From an uncultured delta proteobacterium (GTDB lineage Bacteria > Myxococcota > B64-G9), in contig CAVWHX010000003.1 in NCBI GenBank assembly GCA_963754925.1, forward strand, positions 192,001-256,000: DNA of 64,000 nucleotides, read 5' to 3'. The stretch's first letter is position 1, and every line of letters starts with the position of its first letter. Below, piece by piece: positions 1 through 10,338 of the stretch. The notes under the pieces are model-generated. The model had not been told where the DNA came from. It did no database searches and saw only the letters and a program-made list of their open reading frames with translations. The translations under genes and the position numbers were made by a program.

Positions 1-1122
1 CTCGACTGAGCCATACGAGAATCGAACGTTCTCAAAAACAATTTCGCGATTGAAGGTTTCAATTGCGCGGGCACCTACGCGTTCGTTGATCTCATCGGGT
101 TCATCCAGCACGGTAAACACTCGCTCCGCCGCAGCGACGCCGGCTGCGGCCAGGTCTCCGATGCGCCCCAGACTCTTGGTCGGGTTGTACAGCATGAGCA
201 CCGCGGCAAAGAACGACACAAAATGCCCCGGGTCGAGAGAACCGGCGGTCACGCGACTGCCGGCGTACCAAATCGTGGCCGCGAGTCCAAACGCTCCAAG
301 GAATTCCATCACCGGAGACTGCAGGGCGCGCACCATAAACGAGCGATGCATTATCCGAAAGTATTCCTGGTTTTCCCGATGGAAGCGCTCGCGCTCGTAC
401 CGCTCGGCGTTGAAGACCTGGATGATGCGCATGCCACGGATAGTCTCGTGCAGGCGATCGGCGATGTTGCCCAGCGATGATTGGCTTTCGAGGCTTACCT
501 GTTTAAGACGTTTGCCAAAGTGCACAATGGGGAAGATGGCCAGCGGCATGGCCACAAACGTGATAAGCGCCAGTTGCCAGTCGAGGATGAACGCCAGCAC
601 CAGCAAAACCGCCACCTGCAGGCCGTCGCGCAGGTAGGTGGCTACCGTGTAGGTCACCGCCTGTTCGATGGCGTATACATCGTTGGTGAACCGGCTGAGG
701 ATCTGACCCGTGGGAGTCCTCTGGAAGTAGGCTGGGCTCAAGCTGGTGAGGCGCGCGAACATGCGGTCGCGCAGGTCGGCCACCACGCGCTGCCCGACCA
801 TGCCCATCAAGTAAAATTGACCGAAGTAGCTGATGCCCTTGACGAGTGCCACCCCGAGAATAACGAGCGGCAAGGCTGCGAGCAGGCTCTCCCGGTCAAG
901 CGTGTCCACCTTAAGACCCGGCACCAGAGAAAGGATTTCAAAACCGCCATGCTGACCGCGGGTGATGAGAAACTTGAGCAGAGGCCCCACCATATACGCG
1001 TAAGCGCCGGTGGTCGCCGCCAACACTATCATGCATACCAACGCTGCAACGAGTTGTCCGAGGTAGGGCCGCACCGTGCCCAGTAACCGCCAATAGATGA
1101 CTACAAAGGAGCGCTGCTGCAT
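1..1122 (-). CDS. ABC transporter permease/ATP-binding protein, MsbA-like (3' end runs off the window)
   Basis: Manual translation from ATG 1122 (MQQRSFVVIYWRLLGTVRPYLGQLVAALVCM...) stays open to base 1; multiple TM segments, then the start of an NBD (IVFENVRFSY). The + strand ORFs here are shadows. Confidence 0.85.
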   Translation of the reverse strand, partial: MQQRSFVVIYWRLLGTVRPYLGQLVAALVCMIVLAATTGAYAYMVGPLLKFLITRGQHGGFEILSLVPGLKVDTLDRESLLAALPLVILGVALVKGISYFGQFYLMGMVGQRVVADLRDRMFARLTSLSPAYFQRTPTGQILSRFTNDVYAIEQAVTYTVATYLRDGLQVAVLLVLAFILDWQLALITFVAMPLAIFPIVHFGKRLKQVSLESQSSLGNIADRLHETIRGMRIIQVFNAERYERERFHRENQEYFRIMHRSFMVRALQSPVMEFLGAFGLAATIWYAGSRVTAGSLDPGHFVSFFAAVLMLYNPTKSLGRIGDLAAAGVAAAERVFTVLDEPDEINERVGARAIETFNREIVFENVRFSYGSVE

Positions 1123-1228
1123 GCCGCTTGTTTGCTCTGTGCCTGATTGAATCACTCCTGACCTCGCACCGTTACAACGGAAATGAGACCCTTGACGCAG
1201 TCCGGCGGATTATCTATCATAAAACCGT

Positions 1229-2011
1229 ATGAAAATGAACTATTGTAAATTAATTGATGCACCGTGCCTCGTTTGGTTGCTTGCGCTGATAGTATCGTTG
1301 CTGTTGGCTGGGTGTCCCGAGCGAGGATCGTCATCCAAGTCCGCCGACAAAAGCGGTGTAACGACCGAAGAGTTTGCAACGCTGAAAATAACCGATGAAG
1401 CCGACAATTTTCTATTCAGCTACCTGCTGGCGGATGGTTCGTTTGCGACCGTCGAGAAGATAAGCGACATCCCCGTCGAGGCTCGCGGGCAGGTGATGGT
1501 GATCGACAAAACCCTAAGTCCCGAAAAGCGCCAATCCGACAAAATCCTGTACGTTGCCAATCTCACCAGTACGCGCGCCGATGGAACCTATCCCTACGGC
1601 ATTGTGAGCCGCTTCAAGTTTGAACGCGACCTCCTCCGTGAACCGTCAAAGAAGTCGGCCGTGCTGCCCGACGAATGTAAGAACCTGGCACCTTCCCCGG
1701 AAGATCGCGTGGTACTGTACTCAGCCTCGTGGTGCAGCGTGTGCAAGGCCGCGGCCGCCTTCATGACCCGCGAGGGCATTCCCTTCATCGAGAAAGACAT
1801 CGAACAGCAGCCCGGCGCGCAGCAAGAACTTACCTGCAAGGCCATGAAGACGGGCACGAGCATCAACGGGGTTCCCGTCCTCGATATCGCCGGAAAACTA
1901 TTGGTGGGTTTCGATCGCGATCAACTGGTCACTCAAGCTCAGAAGCTCAAACGGCCGGCCGCAACCAGCCCCGCAGGTGCCCCGGGAGCCGGCGCCACGC
2001 AGACTTTGTAA
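1229..2011 (+). CDS. Lipoprotein with C-terminal glutaredoxin/NrdH-like domain
   Basis: Lipobox LLAGC; YSASWCSVC CxxC; GVPVLDIAGKLLVGFD cis-Pro region. Confidence 0.8.
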   Translation: MKMNYCKLIDAPCLVWLLALIVSLLLAGCPERGSSSKSADKSGVTTEEFATLKITDEADNFLFSYLLADGSFATVEKISDIPVEARGQVMVIDKTLSPEKRQSDKILYVANLTSTRADGTYPYGIVSRFKFERDLLREPSKKSAVLPDECKNLAPSPEDRVVLYSASWCSVCKAAAAFMTREGIPFIEKDIEQQPGAQQELTCKAMKTGTSINGVPVLDIAGKLLVGFDRDQLVTQAQKLKRPAATSPAGAPGAGATQTL

Positions 2012-2041
2012 GCCTTGTGGTTGAGTTGTATCTCCGTGCCG

Positions 2042-4993
2042 TTACTTCAGATCAATCGTCACCGCCGATTTAGTTGATGCCGCTGCATCCGGATCGGCGG
2101 TAATGAAAACGCGTTCCGACGAAACCGTACCATCGGCGGTCAGCGCCGACTGCACCCACAACGCGCGTTCGCGACGCAGCGCCTCAAGCTCCTCATCGTT
2201 CGCGGCGTGCGTCGTGAGCACCGACTGCTCAATCTGCGCGAACGGCACGTCAGCTGTGGACGCAGCGTTGGTTCCTTGGCTGGCCAGCCAGGTTTTTCGC
2301 ACCCATGCCTCCCAGGTTGCGTCATCGACCTGCAGAGAGGCCCCGGGCGGCGCTCCCGCTTGAGGAGTTTGGTCGCGGCCAAGCTGCATTTTCAGCGTAG
2401 CGCGGGTTAACGCGAGCTTGTCGGCATTCGGATCGACGCCCGGCGTCAGCTCCACCCGCAGCGCCGGACGCTCGTAGAGCACCTTGCGGAGATTGTCCAT
2501 CTTCGCCTGCTCCGTGGGTGGCGGCGCGGCCTCACCGGGTACGAAGACCACGGACTTGAGCGTCTGCGGATCGCCCGAGACAAGCCCGGCCAGCAGGGAA
2601 AACGGCGCGGTGGCGACCTTGACCAGGATGTTTTTCAGCGCCGTTATCACGACGCTGAACCACCCGAAATCCGGGTCGGCCAGGTCGCCGGACACCGGCA
2701 CGTCGAGATCGATGAGCCCCGAGCGGTCGGAAAGAATGGAGACCGCCAGTCCGAGCGGCAGTTTGGTGGTGTCCGGACCCGGATTGGCCACGCGGTCGCC
2801 AAACTCAAGCTGATCGGCACGCAAGCGGTTCTGCCCTTCGAGCTGCCGATTCTCCACCCGCCACTTCACCTCGAGGGACAGTTTCCCCTTCTGAATGGGC
2901 TGCGCGACGTATTTGATGGCATACGACGAAGCGAGCGGCAGATTGTAACCGCCGAGCGTCAGCTTGAGATCAGCGTGGCTGTCTTTTCCCGCTGGCTTCA
3001 ACGTTCCGTTGAGCGAAAGCGGCGCACCATCGACGAGCGCGGTGAGGTCGATACGTATGGTCGATAGCTTCGGCGTCGTGATGTTTTGCACCCGGCCTGA
3101 CAACCGTTGGAGCGACAGCGCGCTGTGCGGCTTGACGCTGCGATCGAGTAGATCCGCGCGCAGCGTGTCGAAGCGCAGGGTGCCGATCTTGAGCGAAAAT
3201 GGCGCACCCGGCTGCGCTGGCTTCGACTCGGGCGCTGCCGCCGACTGTTCGGGTTGTTGCGCCTGCGCTCCGGCAGGCTGCTCGGGCGGCGGCTTTACGA
3301 GCCGCGAAAAATTCATTTGGCCCTTCGCGTCTCGTTCGATGCGCGCGCGCGCCTTCGCCAACGCAAGGGTGGCCAACTCCAGAGAACCTGCTGCCGATTG
3401 ATAGTGTATCCCCTCGAGGGCCAATCTATCGAACGTTAGCATCGGCGCTCCGGCATTATCGTTCAGCTCAAGACCCGACAGTGCGCCGTCGGCCGCGACC
3501 GACAGGTTCGAACCGGCGAGCGTAACGGTTCCCGCAACATCCAACCCTCCCGCGGCGAGCGACGCATCGAGCGCCTCGGCGGCATAGGGCCAGAAGGAAG
3601 GCAACGACAGCGCCTTCAGGGCGAAGGTGAGCGTCGCCGTGAGTGGTTGCAGAGTTATCGGCCCGGATACCGTCAGCTGTCCCCCGGCGACTGCCGTCGA
3701 AAGCTGCACCGTAAACGGTTTACCAAACGGCAGCTCGAAGTCACGTGCCTCGAAGGTCAGATTTTGAAATGGTACCGTGAGTGGCGTATGCAACGCCCGG
3801 TCCTCCCAGAACACCGAGAAACGTTCGATCGCGAAGCGCGGGAGCGAGACGCTCCATGCCGATCGACGCGCTTCAGGCGCTGGCGCCGCCGTGGGCGGCG
3901 GGGACGGTGACGGCTCCGGTATTCCCCCGGCGGGCGTCCGGGTAGAACTTAGTTCGGCCAGCTCGATGGCGCCGTTTGCCAGGCGGCGAACGGTTGCCGA
4001 ACCACCGGCCAAGGTTATCGCGTCCAGGGCTACCGTATGGTTACTCAGGTCGATTCGGTTGGAGCGCGCCTCGAACATGTCGAGCGCGAAGAGCGGTTCG
4101 TCGTCCTGCGGCTTCGATAGGGCGAGACCGCCGATGGTAAGGGTGGTCTGCTCTAAAACGAAATCTAAACCGTTTGGCGTCGCGTCGAGCGCGTAGCGCG
4201 ATCTGATGGAGGCTCTGCCGCCTCCAACATGGAAGTGTGTGAGGCTCTCGATGTACGAGTTGAAACTGGCTAGATCGAGGCCCTGGATGAAGAGCTCGCC
4301 TCTAGAGTGCAGCGGGGTCGCCACAAAATCGCCGTTCCACCCGAGGCTGGTGGGGCCGAGGCGGGCGTTGAAAGTGTAGGGGCTGCTGCCTTCTTGTCTG
4401 GTCTCGGTGGTGAAGTCGGTAACGTTGAGGGTAAGCGGTTTCACCTCAGCGCGAAAGGGCGTGGGCCGCGAAAGATCGGCAAAGCGCACGGCGCCGTCGA
4501 TAAGCCCGAACTGAGCGACGCGAACAATGCGCGGTGCCTTTTTCTCGTCGGGCGGCGTTGCCGTTCTCGCGCCATCCGACTCAAGCAAATCAGCAAAACT
4601 CAGCCGTCCGTCTTTGAGAATTGCGATGCCGATGATCGGCCGGGTCAAGCGAATCTCATTGAAGCCGATGATACCGCGGATGAAATCAGTAGCTGCGATG
4701 TTGACGTAAAGGTCACCGAACGCAACGAAGGGGCTTCCGTCTTTCTCCGTTGCCGAAAAGTGGCGGACCTGGACCGACAGTACCAGCGGGTTTATGGCGA
4801 TTGACTCAATCGATACGCTGCGTTTGAGGATTTGCGGCAGCCGCTTTTCAAGCTGCGCGCGTGCAAGGGGGCCAGCCGCGAAAAAACCGAAGAGGATATA
4901 CAGAACGACCAGCGCCACAGGAACCCAGACCCGTTTCTTTCGCAGCCATCGCATGATGGCGGCATCATAATCGAGCCCACACCATCTAAGCAA
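2042..4993 (-). CDS. DUF748/AsmA-like envelope protein (start may be ATG 4954)
   Basis: N-terminal TM anchor, repeated beta-rich modules, C-terminal LPLGLAVSILSDRSGLIDLDVPVSGDLADPDF typical of DUF748 proteins. Confidence 0.75.
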   Translation of the reverse strand: MLRWCGLDYDAAIMRWLRKKRVWVPVALVVLYILFGFFAAGPLARAQLEKRLPQILKRSVSIESIAINPLVLSVQVRHFSATEKDGSPFVAFGDLYVNIAATDFIRGIIGFNEIRLTRPIIGIAILKDGRLSFADLLESDGARTATPPDEKKAPRIVRVAQFGLIDGAVRFADLSRPTPFRAEVKPLTLNVTDFTTETRQEGSSPYTFNARLGPTSLGWNGDFVATPLHSRGELFIQGLDLASFNSYIESLTHFHVGGGRASIRSRYALDATPNGLDFVLEQTTLTIGGLALSKPQDDEPLFALDMFEARSNRIDLSNHTVALDAITLAGGSATVRRLANGAIELAELSSTRTPAGGIPEPSPSPPPTAAPAPEARRSAWSVSLPRFAIERFSVFWEDRALHTPLTVPFQNLTFEARDFELPFGKPFTVQLSTAVAGGQLTVSGPITLQPLTATLTFALKALSLPSFWPYAAEALDASLAAGGLDVAGTVTLAGSNLSVAADGALSGLELNDNAGAPMLTFDRLALEGIHYQSAAGSLELATLALAKARARIERDAKGQMNFSRLVKPPPEQPAGAQAQQPEQSAAAPESKPAQPGAPFSLKIGTLRFDTLRADLLDRSVKPHSALSLQRLSGRVQNITTPKLSTIRIDLTALVDGAPLSLNGTLKPAGKDSHADLKLTLGGYNLPLASSYAIKYVAQPIQKGKLSLEVKWRVENRQLEGQNRLRADQLEFGDRVANPGPDTTKLPLGLAVSILSDRSGLIDLDVPVSGDLADPDFGWFSVVITALKNILVKVATAPFSLLAGLVSGDPQTLKSVVFVPGEAAPPPTEQAKMDNLRKVLYERPALRVELTPGVDPNADKLALTRATLKMQLGRDQTPQAGAPPGASLQVDDATWEAWVRKTWLASQGTNAASTADVPFAQIEQSVLTTHAANDEELEALRRERALWVQSALTADGTVSSERVFITADPDAAASTKSAVTIDLK

Positions 4994-5109
4994 TGATATA
5001 TTCCTGTATTGGTTTTATGGAATCTGATGTTGATGATGAACGATACCGTTAGGCGGCAGCGGCAGTTCCGGAAGATACCTACCGCGCCCTGAATAGTCTA
5101 CCAACGTTT

Positions 5110-5669
5110 CTATTTCGTCCACGTAAGCATATATTCGCAATGATCTTTGCCGTCGCTGATGGAAATCTGGGGTTGAAACTTATAATCTTTAGCTCCCATC
5201 AACTTTACAACTGTTAGCCAAAAGCCTCTCACCAGTATCTCAAATATTTTATGTTGTTTTTCAAAACCGGTATAGGTTAGCAGAACTTTTCCCTTCTCAA
5301 TTTTTGAGGCTTTTACGGTGAGACCCTGAAAAATTTGGGAATTTATCCCGCCTAGGCGTTCGAGAACCCTTTCCGGTGAACCCAGGTAAAGAAAAACCCT
5401 ATATATTCCTTTAAACACCTTCTCCGTCGCTTCTAAATTCTGTCGAACGGGCACCGATTCATCGCCGTTGTATAATAATTTTACCTCCAGTTCGAGCCAA
5501 TGCACATACGCATCGAGCGGGTAAAACTCGGAAGAAAGAATCACTCCGCTGAATACTTTTCGATCCTGTTCGCTCAACGCGTTAAGTATTTTCTCAGCGC
5601 TCCATTGCCGTATTTTTCCAAGATAAAATTCTTGGATGTTAATAAAGGCAATCCTTTTATTTTTACCAT
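5110..5669 (-). CDS. TIGR02265/DUF2378-like (V4R/H-NOX-like fold) protein, paralogue 1; 1-nt frameshift near 5595
   Basis: AAGGAG RBS then ATG 5669 gives MVKIKGLPLLTSKNFILEKYGNGAL; adding one G (ctg[g]ag) joins EKILNALSEQDRKVFSGVILSSEFYPLDAY..., collinear with the 11746 paralogue. Confidence 0.7.
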
Positions 5670-5996
5670 ACATTCTCCTTTGGCAACCCCGCATAACGGA
5701 AAGTTCTTGCCTCTGTTGTCCTGAAGGATTATGCGGGTACTTTTATTTATATTTTAGCTATTAAGCTCATATTTTGTCAAAGAATTTAACTGACAACGGG
5801 CTTCAAGAATCTAGATTGGTGCTTAAGATTGACAAAAAAGTCAGTTTCGAGATATTGATTCAGCTATCAACTTCAGAAATGAACAATATTTTCAAAGTCC
5901 CTAAGGAGGAGGATATGAGGAAACTCGTGTGAATGGGTTTGGTATTTGCGGCGGCCTGGCACCAAAACCTCCCCCACCCCTCCTCCCGCAACGGGA

Positions 5997-7070
5997 TCAC
6001 ACGGGAAGTGGTCTGATTACCGTATTTATTTTTGCGCCTTGGACGAGCTCTAAAAATTCATCACCGAGGATGGTGCCGGCTGCAATGACCTTTCGCCAAA
6101 ATGCGATACGCTCGTTGTCGCGGAAACGAAACGCTTTGAAATCGGTCCGGCTCGTGATTCTGCCGTAGGGCAGTTTTTCGACAAACGTTGGCGATGGGCA
6201 CAACAAAACAACATTTTCCATGTTGGTCGGTTTTGGTCTTCGCCAAGCCAAGGGTTTGTCAAACCATCCGGGAATAATCCGATGTATATAATGCGGGAAC
6301 AGCACAATTCCTTCGCCGCCAAAAGGGATGTCCAGGTGGTAATCAATAAGGCCGCCGTCGCGGTACATCCCCGGTGAAGCTCCCGGAAGGTTTGGCTCGC
6401 CCGCCATGACCAAGGGGACCGATCCGGACGCCAAAAGCGCCGATCTGATGTTATCCGCTGAAAGCGGCACGCGCTGGATGGGAAAAGCGTCCATGCCTAA
6501 AAAAGGAGGCCTATCGCGCGAATCGTACACCAAGGTTCTTGAGAAGAAGAATCGAAGCGATTTTCGACTGACGCTATTCGCTAAGGCCGTCAGTACGAGG
6601 CCGGGGCCAAGAAGGGAGGGAGTATCGCTTGACACCATCCAACGACAGCGGACGGTAAGCATGCTGAGTCTAAAAAATGGATGCGAAAGAACGTTTTTTA
6701 CCCCCGCGTCATCCAGAAAGGCGTCTACGATCTTCCGAGACTGCTCTGTTACTTCACGGGGAGGCGGGCGAATTGAATAGAGCTGCTCCAAGTAGGCCTG
6801 TTCGAAGCGGTCGTAAGCCGTTGCGGCGCCGGGACCCTGGGCGACGGCGGCAAAACGCCAGCTGCCAATCGATGAACCAAGCAAGTGTACGGGGGTTTTC
6901 GCGGATGTCAGCCATGAAAAGAATATGGCCCGATCGAGACCGTCCAGCACCAGCCATTTGGGCCCGCCGGCAGCTCCGGCGATGACCTCCACCATCTCCG
7001 GCCGCAGACCTTGTTCTTGTATGCGGGCGTATGCTTTTTTGCCCGCAAAAATGAGAAGGTTGGCCACCAT
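5997..7070 (-). CDS. Patatin-like phospholipase family protein
   Basis: GAAGGPKW Gly-rich loop, GSSIG nucleophile elbow, DGG motif. Confidence 0.85.
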   Translation of the reverse strand: MVANLLIFAGKKAYARIQEQGLRPEMVEVIAGAAGGPKWLVLDGLDRAIFFSWLTSAKTPVHLLGSSIGSWRFAAVAQGPGAATAYDRFEQAYLEQLYSIRPPPREVTEQSRKIVDAFLDDAGVKNVLSHPFFRLSMLTVRCRWMVSSDTPSLLGPGLVLTALANSVSRKSLRFFFSRTLVYDSRDRPPFLGMDAFPIQRVPLSADNIRSALLASGSVPLVMAGEPNLPGASPGMYRDGGLIDYHLDIPFGGEGIVLFPHYIHRIIPGWFDKPLAWRRPKPTNMENVVLLCPSPTFVEKLPYGRITSRTDFKAFRFRDNERIAFWRKVIAAGTILGDEFLELVQGAKINTVIRPLPV

Positions 7071-7356
7071 GAGGTAACTTCATACACTAGGTTTTGGGAG
7101 TTTTTCAAGTTTGGGATAACATTCAATTTGAACGGTTTATTATGCATTAAGCACGTCAATTCTGGGCAGCGTAATACTCCGATCACCGATCGATGGTTGC
7201 CGACGCAAACGTAACTCAGTGTATCAGCATGATACTATTGAAGTTATTATCTTCTTCCATTGACAACTAATCGAGCACGGGAATTGCAGTATTTTCAATG
7301 ATGGTCGAGCGCCCCTCTTTAGAGCTGGTGCGTTATTTATCACGGGAGATCTCGTT

Positions 7357-8745
7357 ATGTTAACTAAAACCGTCTTTGATACATTCGGCAGGGATCTGCA
7401 TGGTAGCCTTATTCTCAATGATGATAAACGCTATGATGAGGCTCGAAGGGTATGGAATGGTTTGATAGACAAGTGCCCGGCATCGATTGTGCAATGCGCC
7501 GATCAAGCCGATGTGGTCCATGCGGTCAATTTCGCGCGCAATAACAATTTGCTCGTCGCGGTGCGCGGCGGCGGCCATAACGTCGCCGGATTCGGCACCT
7601 GTGACGGCTGCATGGTGATTGACCTTTCGCCCATGAAACGCATGGAGGTGCACGCAAGCGAACACACGGCGCGGGCTCAAGCCGGTCTTACCTGGGGCGA
7701 ATTCGATAAGAGCACGCAAGCGCATGGGTTGGCCACGACCGGCGGTTTGGTGTCGACCACCGGAATCGCGGGGTTTACCCTCGGCGGCGGCATCGGTTGG
7801 TTGATGCGGAAGCACGGCCTGACCATTGACAATCTTTTGGCGGCTGAACTGATTACGGCCGATGGACGGCGCGTGATCGCGAGCGCTCAGGAAAATCCCG
7901 ATTTGTTCTGGGGGGTGCGCGGCGGAGGGGGAAACTTTGGCATCGTCACGACGTTTACCTACCGTCTGCATCCGGTGGGGCCGAATGTGTATGGGGGCGC
8001 CATCTTCCATCAAGCGGCCAACGCCCTGCAACTGTTACGCTTCTATCGTGAATGGGTTCGGACGCTGCCGGATGAAGCCACGACCATGGTCGCTTTTATC
8101 ACTGCTCCGCCGGAACCGTTTATTCCGCAACCTATGCAGGGAACATCCGTGATCGCCATCGGACTATGCTTGGTCGGCTCGCGAAAGCAAGGCGAAGCGT
8201 TGGTCAAACCGCTGCGCGACGTTGCGGCGCCCGTGACCGATCTTCTCGGCCCGCTTCCCTACACTAACCTTCAAGGAATGTTCGATGCGGGTGCGCCGAA
8301 AGGCATCTTATCATACTGGAAAACGGAGTACCTTCAAGACTTGGATGACCGAACCCTCGAAATTTTGCTCGAGCAGGTCGGTAAGATGGGCGCTCCGTTC
8401 GCGCAAGTGCATATCCACCACATCGAGGGCGCGGTTCGCCGGGTAAGCGCCGATGCCACCGCCTTTGGTCACCGCGATGCTCCCTTCGTTCTGAATATCG
8501 TCGGTCTGTGGACCGATCCCAAAGAAACCGACCGGCATATCGCGTGGGCGCGCGAGTTTTCAAAGGCCATACAACCGGTTTCGACCGGTCACGCGTTCAT
8601 CAATTTCCTCGGCGGCGACGAAGGCGAAGGCCGCATCCAGGCCGCCTACGGCGAGGAAAAATTCGCGCGGCTCGTGAAATTAAAGAATACGTATGATCCC
8701 GGCAACCTATTTCGAATCAACCAGAACATACAACCTTCGATATGA
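7357..8745 (+). CDS. FAD-linked oxidoreductase (FAD_binding_4 + BBE domain)
   Basis: RGGGHN covalent-FAD motif, GGGIGWL, RGGGGNFGIVT, C-terminal KNTYDPGNLFRINQNI. Confidence 0.92.
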   Translation: MLTKTVFDTFGRDLHGSLILNDDKRYDEARRVWNGLIDKCPASIVQCADQADVVHAVNFARNNNLLVAVRGGGHNVAGFGTCDGCMVIDLSPMKRMEVHASEHTARAQAGLTWGEFDKSTQAHGLATTGGLVSTTGIAGFTLGGGIGWLMRKHGLTIDNLLAAELITADGRRVIASAQENPDLFWGVRGGGGNFGIVTTFTYRLHPVGPNVYGGAIFHQAANALQLLRFYREWVRTLPDEATTMVAFITAPPEPFIPQPMQGTSVIAIGLCLVGSRKQGEALVKPLRDVAAPVTDLLGPLPYTNLQGMFDAGAPKGILSYWKTEYLQDLDDRTLEILLEQVGKMGAPFAQVHIHHIEGAVRRVSADATAFGHRDAPFVLNIVGLWTDPKETDRHIAWAREFSKAIQPVSTGHAFINFLGGDEGEGRIQAAYGEEKFARLVKLKNTYDPGNLFRINQNIQPSI

Positions 8746-8826
8746 TTGAGCCGCCGTGCCGCCCACTGCTAACCGTTCTACCAAGGGGTGAAAAGCTGTC
8801 GGCGTTCTCGTGGGAGGGATGGGAAC

Positions 8827-9243
8827 ATGAAATATTGGATAAATACCGTTTCAAAAGAACATGTCCTGTATGGCAAAAAGCATGGGTTTGTTCAGGCGAA
8901 CCACGGGAAAGAGTCGCCGTTGAAGCGATTGAAACCGGGAGATAAAATGCTGTTCTACTCTCCAAAAACGTCACTCGACAATGGGGAGCCGCTCAAATCG
9001 TTTACCGCGGTCGCCACGATAAAAGATGATGACGTCTATCAGGCGGAAATGAGCGACGACTTTCACCCCTTCAGAAAAAATGCGGAATATGAGGATGGTG
9101 ATGAAGTAAGCATTGAGCCGCTCATCGAGCACCTGAATTTCATTCGCAACAAGAGATCATGGGGCTATATGTTTCGATTCGGTCTGTTTGAAATAAATGA
9201 GCACGACTTCGAGTTGATTTACTCGAAAATGAAAAACCGTTAG
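8827..9243 (+). CDS. EVE domain protein
   Basis: MKYWINTVSKEHV...QANHGK...GDKMLFYSPK...FRFGLFEI signature of the EVE/PUA-like family. Confidence 0.85.
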   Translation: MKYWINTVSKEHVLYGKKHGFVQANHGKESPLKRLKPGDKMLFYSPKTSLDNGEPLKSFTAVATIKDDDVYQAEMSDDFHPFRKNAEYEDGDEVSIEPLIEHLNFIRNKRSWGYMFRFGLFEINEHDFELIYSKMKNR

Positions 9244-9337
9244 AAAGCTGCTTCGCCTTCCCGTCAATGATTACCCGTTCCCGTCGCGTTCCCTCGGCGG
9301 CACGGGACAACCTTCTCCCTGCCCCTTGTACGACTGA

Positions 9338-9367
9338 TGCAATAAATGATTGAAAGGTACGTTATTA
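9338..9367 (+). promoter_or_regulatory. Putative ECF sigma autoregulatory promoter
   Basis: TGCAAT...CGTTAT bipartite motif just upstream of the ECF sigma gene. Confidence 0.4.
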
Positions 9368-9377
9368 ATCTATAGAG

Positions 9378-9932
9378 ATGGATAACGCGATAAGAATTAT
9401 AACGATGGATGAGACGAAAAATAGACTAGCTCTTCTGTTTCGTGCGGAGAAAGAACGCTTTGTGAGCTTTGTCAGGCGAAGGCTCGGCGATCGTTCCCGC
9501 ACGGACGCCGAGGATATCGTCTCCGACGTCGTCTATCGGGTGCTGCGGCGCATCGATATCGTTGGTGAAATAGAAAATCTCACCGCGTACCTGTATCGCT
9601 CGTTGGAAAACCGCATCGTAGACAAGCGGCGCGGGGCGAGTCCGCGTATGAGTCTTGATGAGGAAGAGTTTCAATTTCAGAGGAGACCAGAGCGGGAGCG
9701 CGGCCCGGACCAGGGCCTCGAACGGCTCGATCTGCGCGAACGGCTGGCGCAGGCGATCGGCAGGCTCAGCCCGCAGGAGCGTGCCGTCTTTCTCGCGACC
9801 GAGGTGGACGACCGCAGCTTTCGGGATCTGGCCGAGGAATGGGGCGAGCCGATAGGGACTCTGCTTTCCCGAAAAAACCGGGCCGTCGCGCGATTAAAGA
9901 AGATGCTCGCGGAATACCAGGACCCAAACTAA
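9378..9932 (+). CDS. ECF-type RNA polymerase sigma-70 factor
   Basis: Region 2 DAEDIVSDV...AYLYRSLENRIVD; region 4 LSPQERAVF...SFRDLAEEWGEPIGTLLSRK. Confidence 0.9.
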   Translation: MDNAIRIITMDETKNRLALLFRAEKERFVSFVRRRLGDRSRTDAEDIVSDVVYRVLRRIDIVGEIENLTAYLYRSLENRIVDKRRGASPRMSLDEEEFQFQRRPERERGPDQGLERLDLRERLAQAIGRLSPQERAVFLATEVDDRSFRDLAEEWGEPIGTLLSRKNRAVARLKKMLAEYQDPN

Positions 9933-9944
9933 AAGGAGCGTACC

Positions 9945-10310
9945 ATGATGCACTGTTTTTTTAATAAAGAGAATTCCAAGCGCGGAAGAGGTTATCGCAT
10001 CTTCATGCATGTCCTTTTCGGTTTGCTTATTGGAGCCACGGTTGTGTTCGGATTCGGTTACCTCATCATGTTGCTCTGGAATGCCGTGGCGGTCGAACTG
10101 CTGGGCGTCCATGCCATCAGCTTCTGGCAGAGCTTAGGGCTTTTGGTGTTGGCCAGGGTACTCGTCGGGGGCTTCGGGCACGGGCATAAGCGGCATGCCC
10201 GCGGTTGCTCCGGGCGCTCACGGCGCGACTATGAAGAGTGGTGGAAGGAAGTCGGCGAGAAATCGTTTCAGACGTATTCCGAACACAGCGAGCCGAAACA
10301 ACAGCAATAG
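9945..10310 (+). CDS. Small membrane protein co-transcribed with the ECF sigma
   Basis: AAGGAG RBS, two hydrophobic segments (MLLWNAV...ISFWQSLGLLVLARVL), His/Arg-rich tail. Confidence 0.7.
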   Translation: MMHCFFNKENSKRGRGYRIFMHVLFGLLIGATVVFGFGYLIMLLWNAVAVELLGVHAISFWQSLGLLVLARVLVGGFGHGHKRHARGCSGRSRRDYEEWWKEVGEKSFQTYSEHSEPKQQQ

Positions 10311-10338
10311 CCGTTTCAATTCTTTAAAATCCCTCGTC

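Noticed and set aside
50..1086. Long + strand ORFs (and similar antisense ORFs over sucCD, kor, rny, MCP and def)
   Set aside because: Shadow frames opposite well-supported genes in GC-rich DNA, with no motifs or RBS
5049..5062. GTTAGGC core as an attC/attI site
   Set aside because: Isolated 7-mer with no complementary partner box or hairpin
5915..5960. TGA recoding (Trp/Sec) in MRKLV*MGLV
   Set aside because: Many conserved genes here end in TGA, no SECIS-like element is evident, and the frame has no credible continuation
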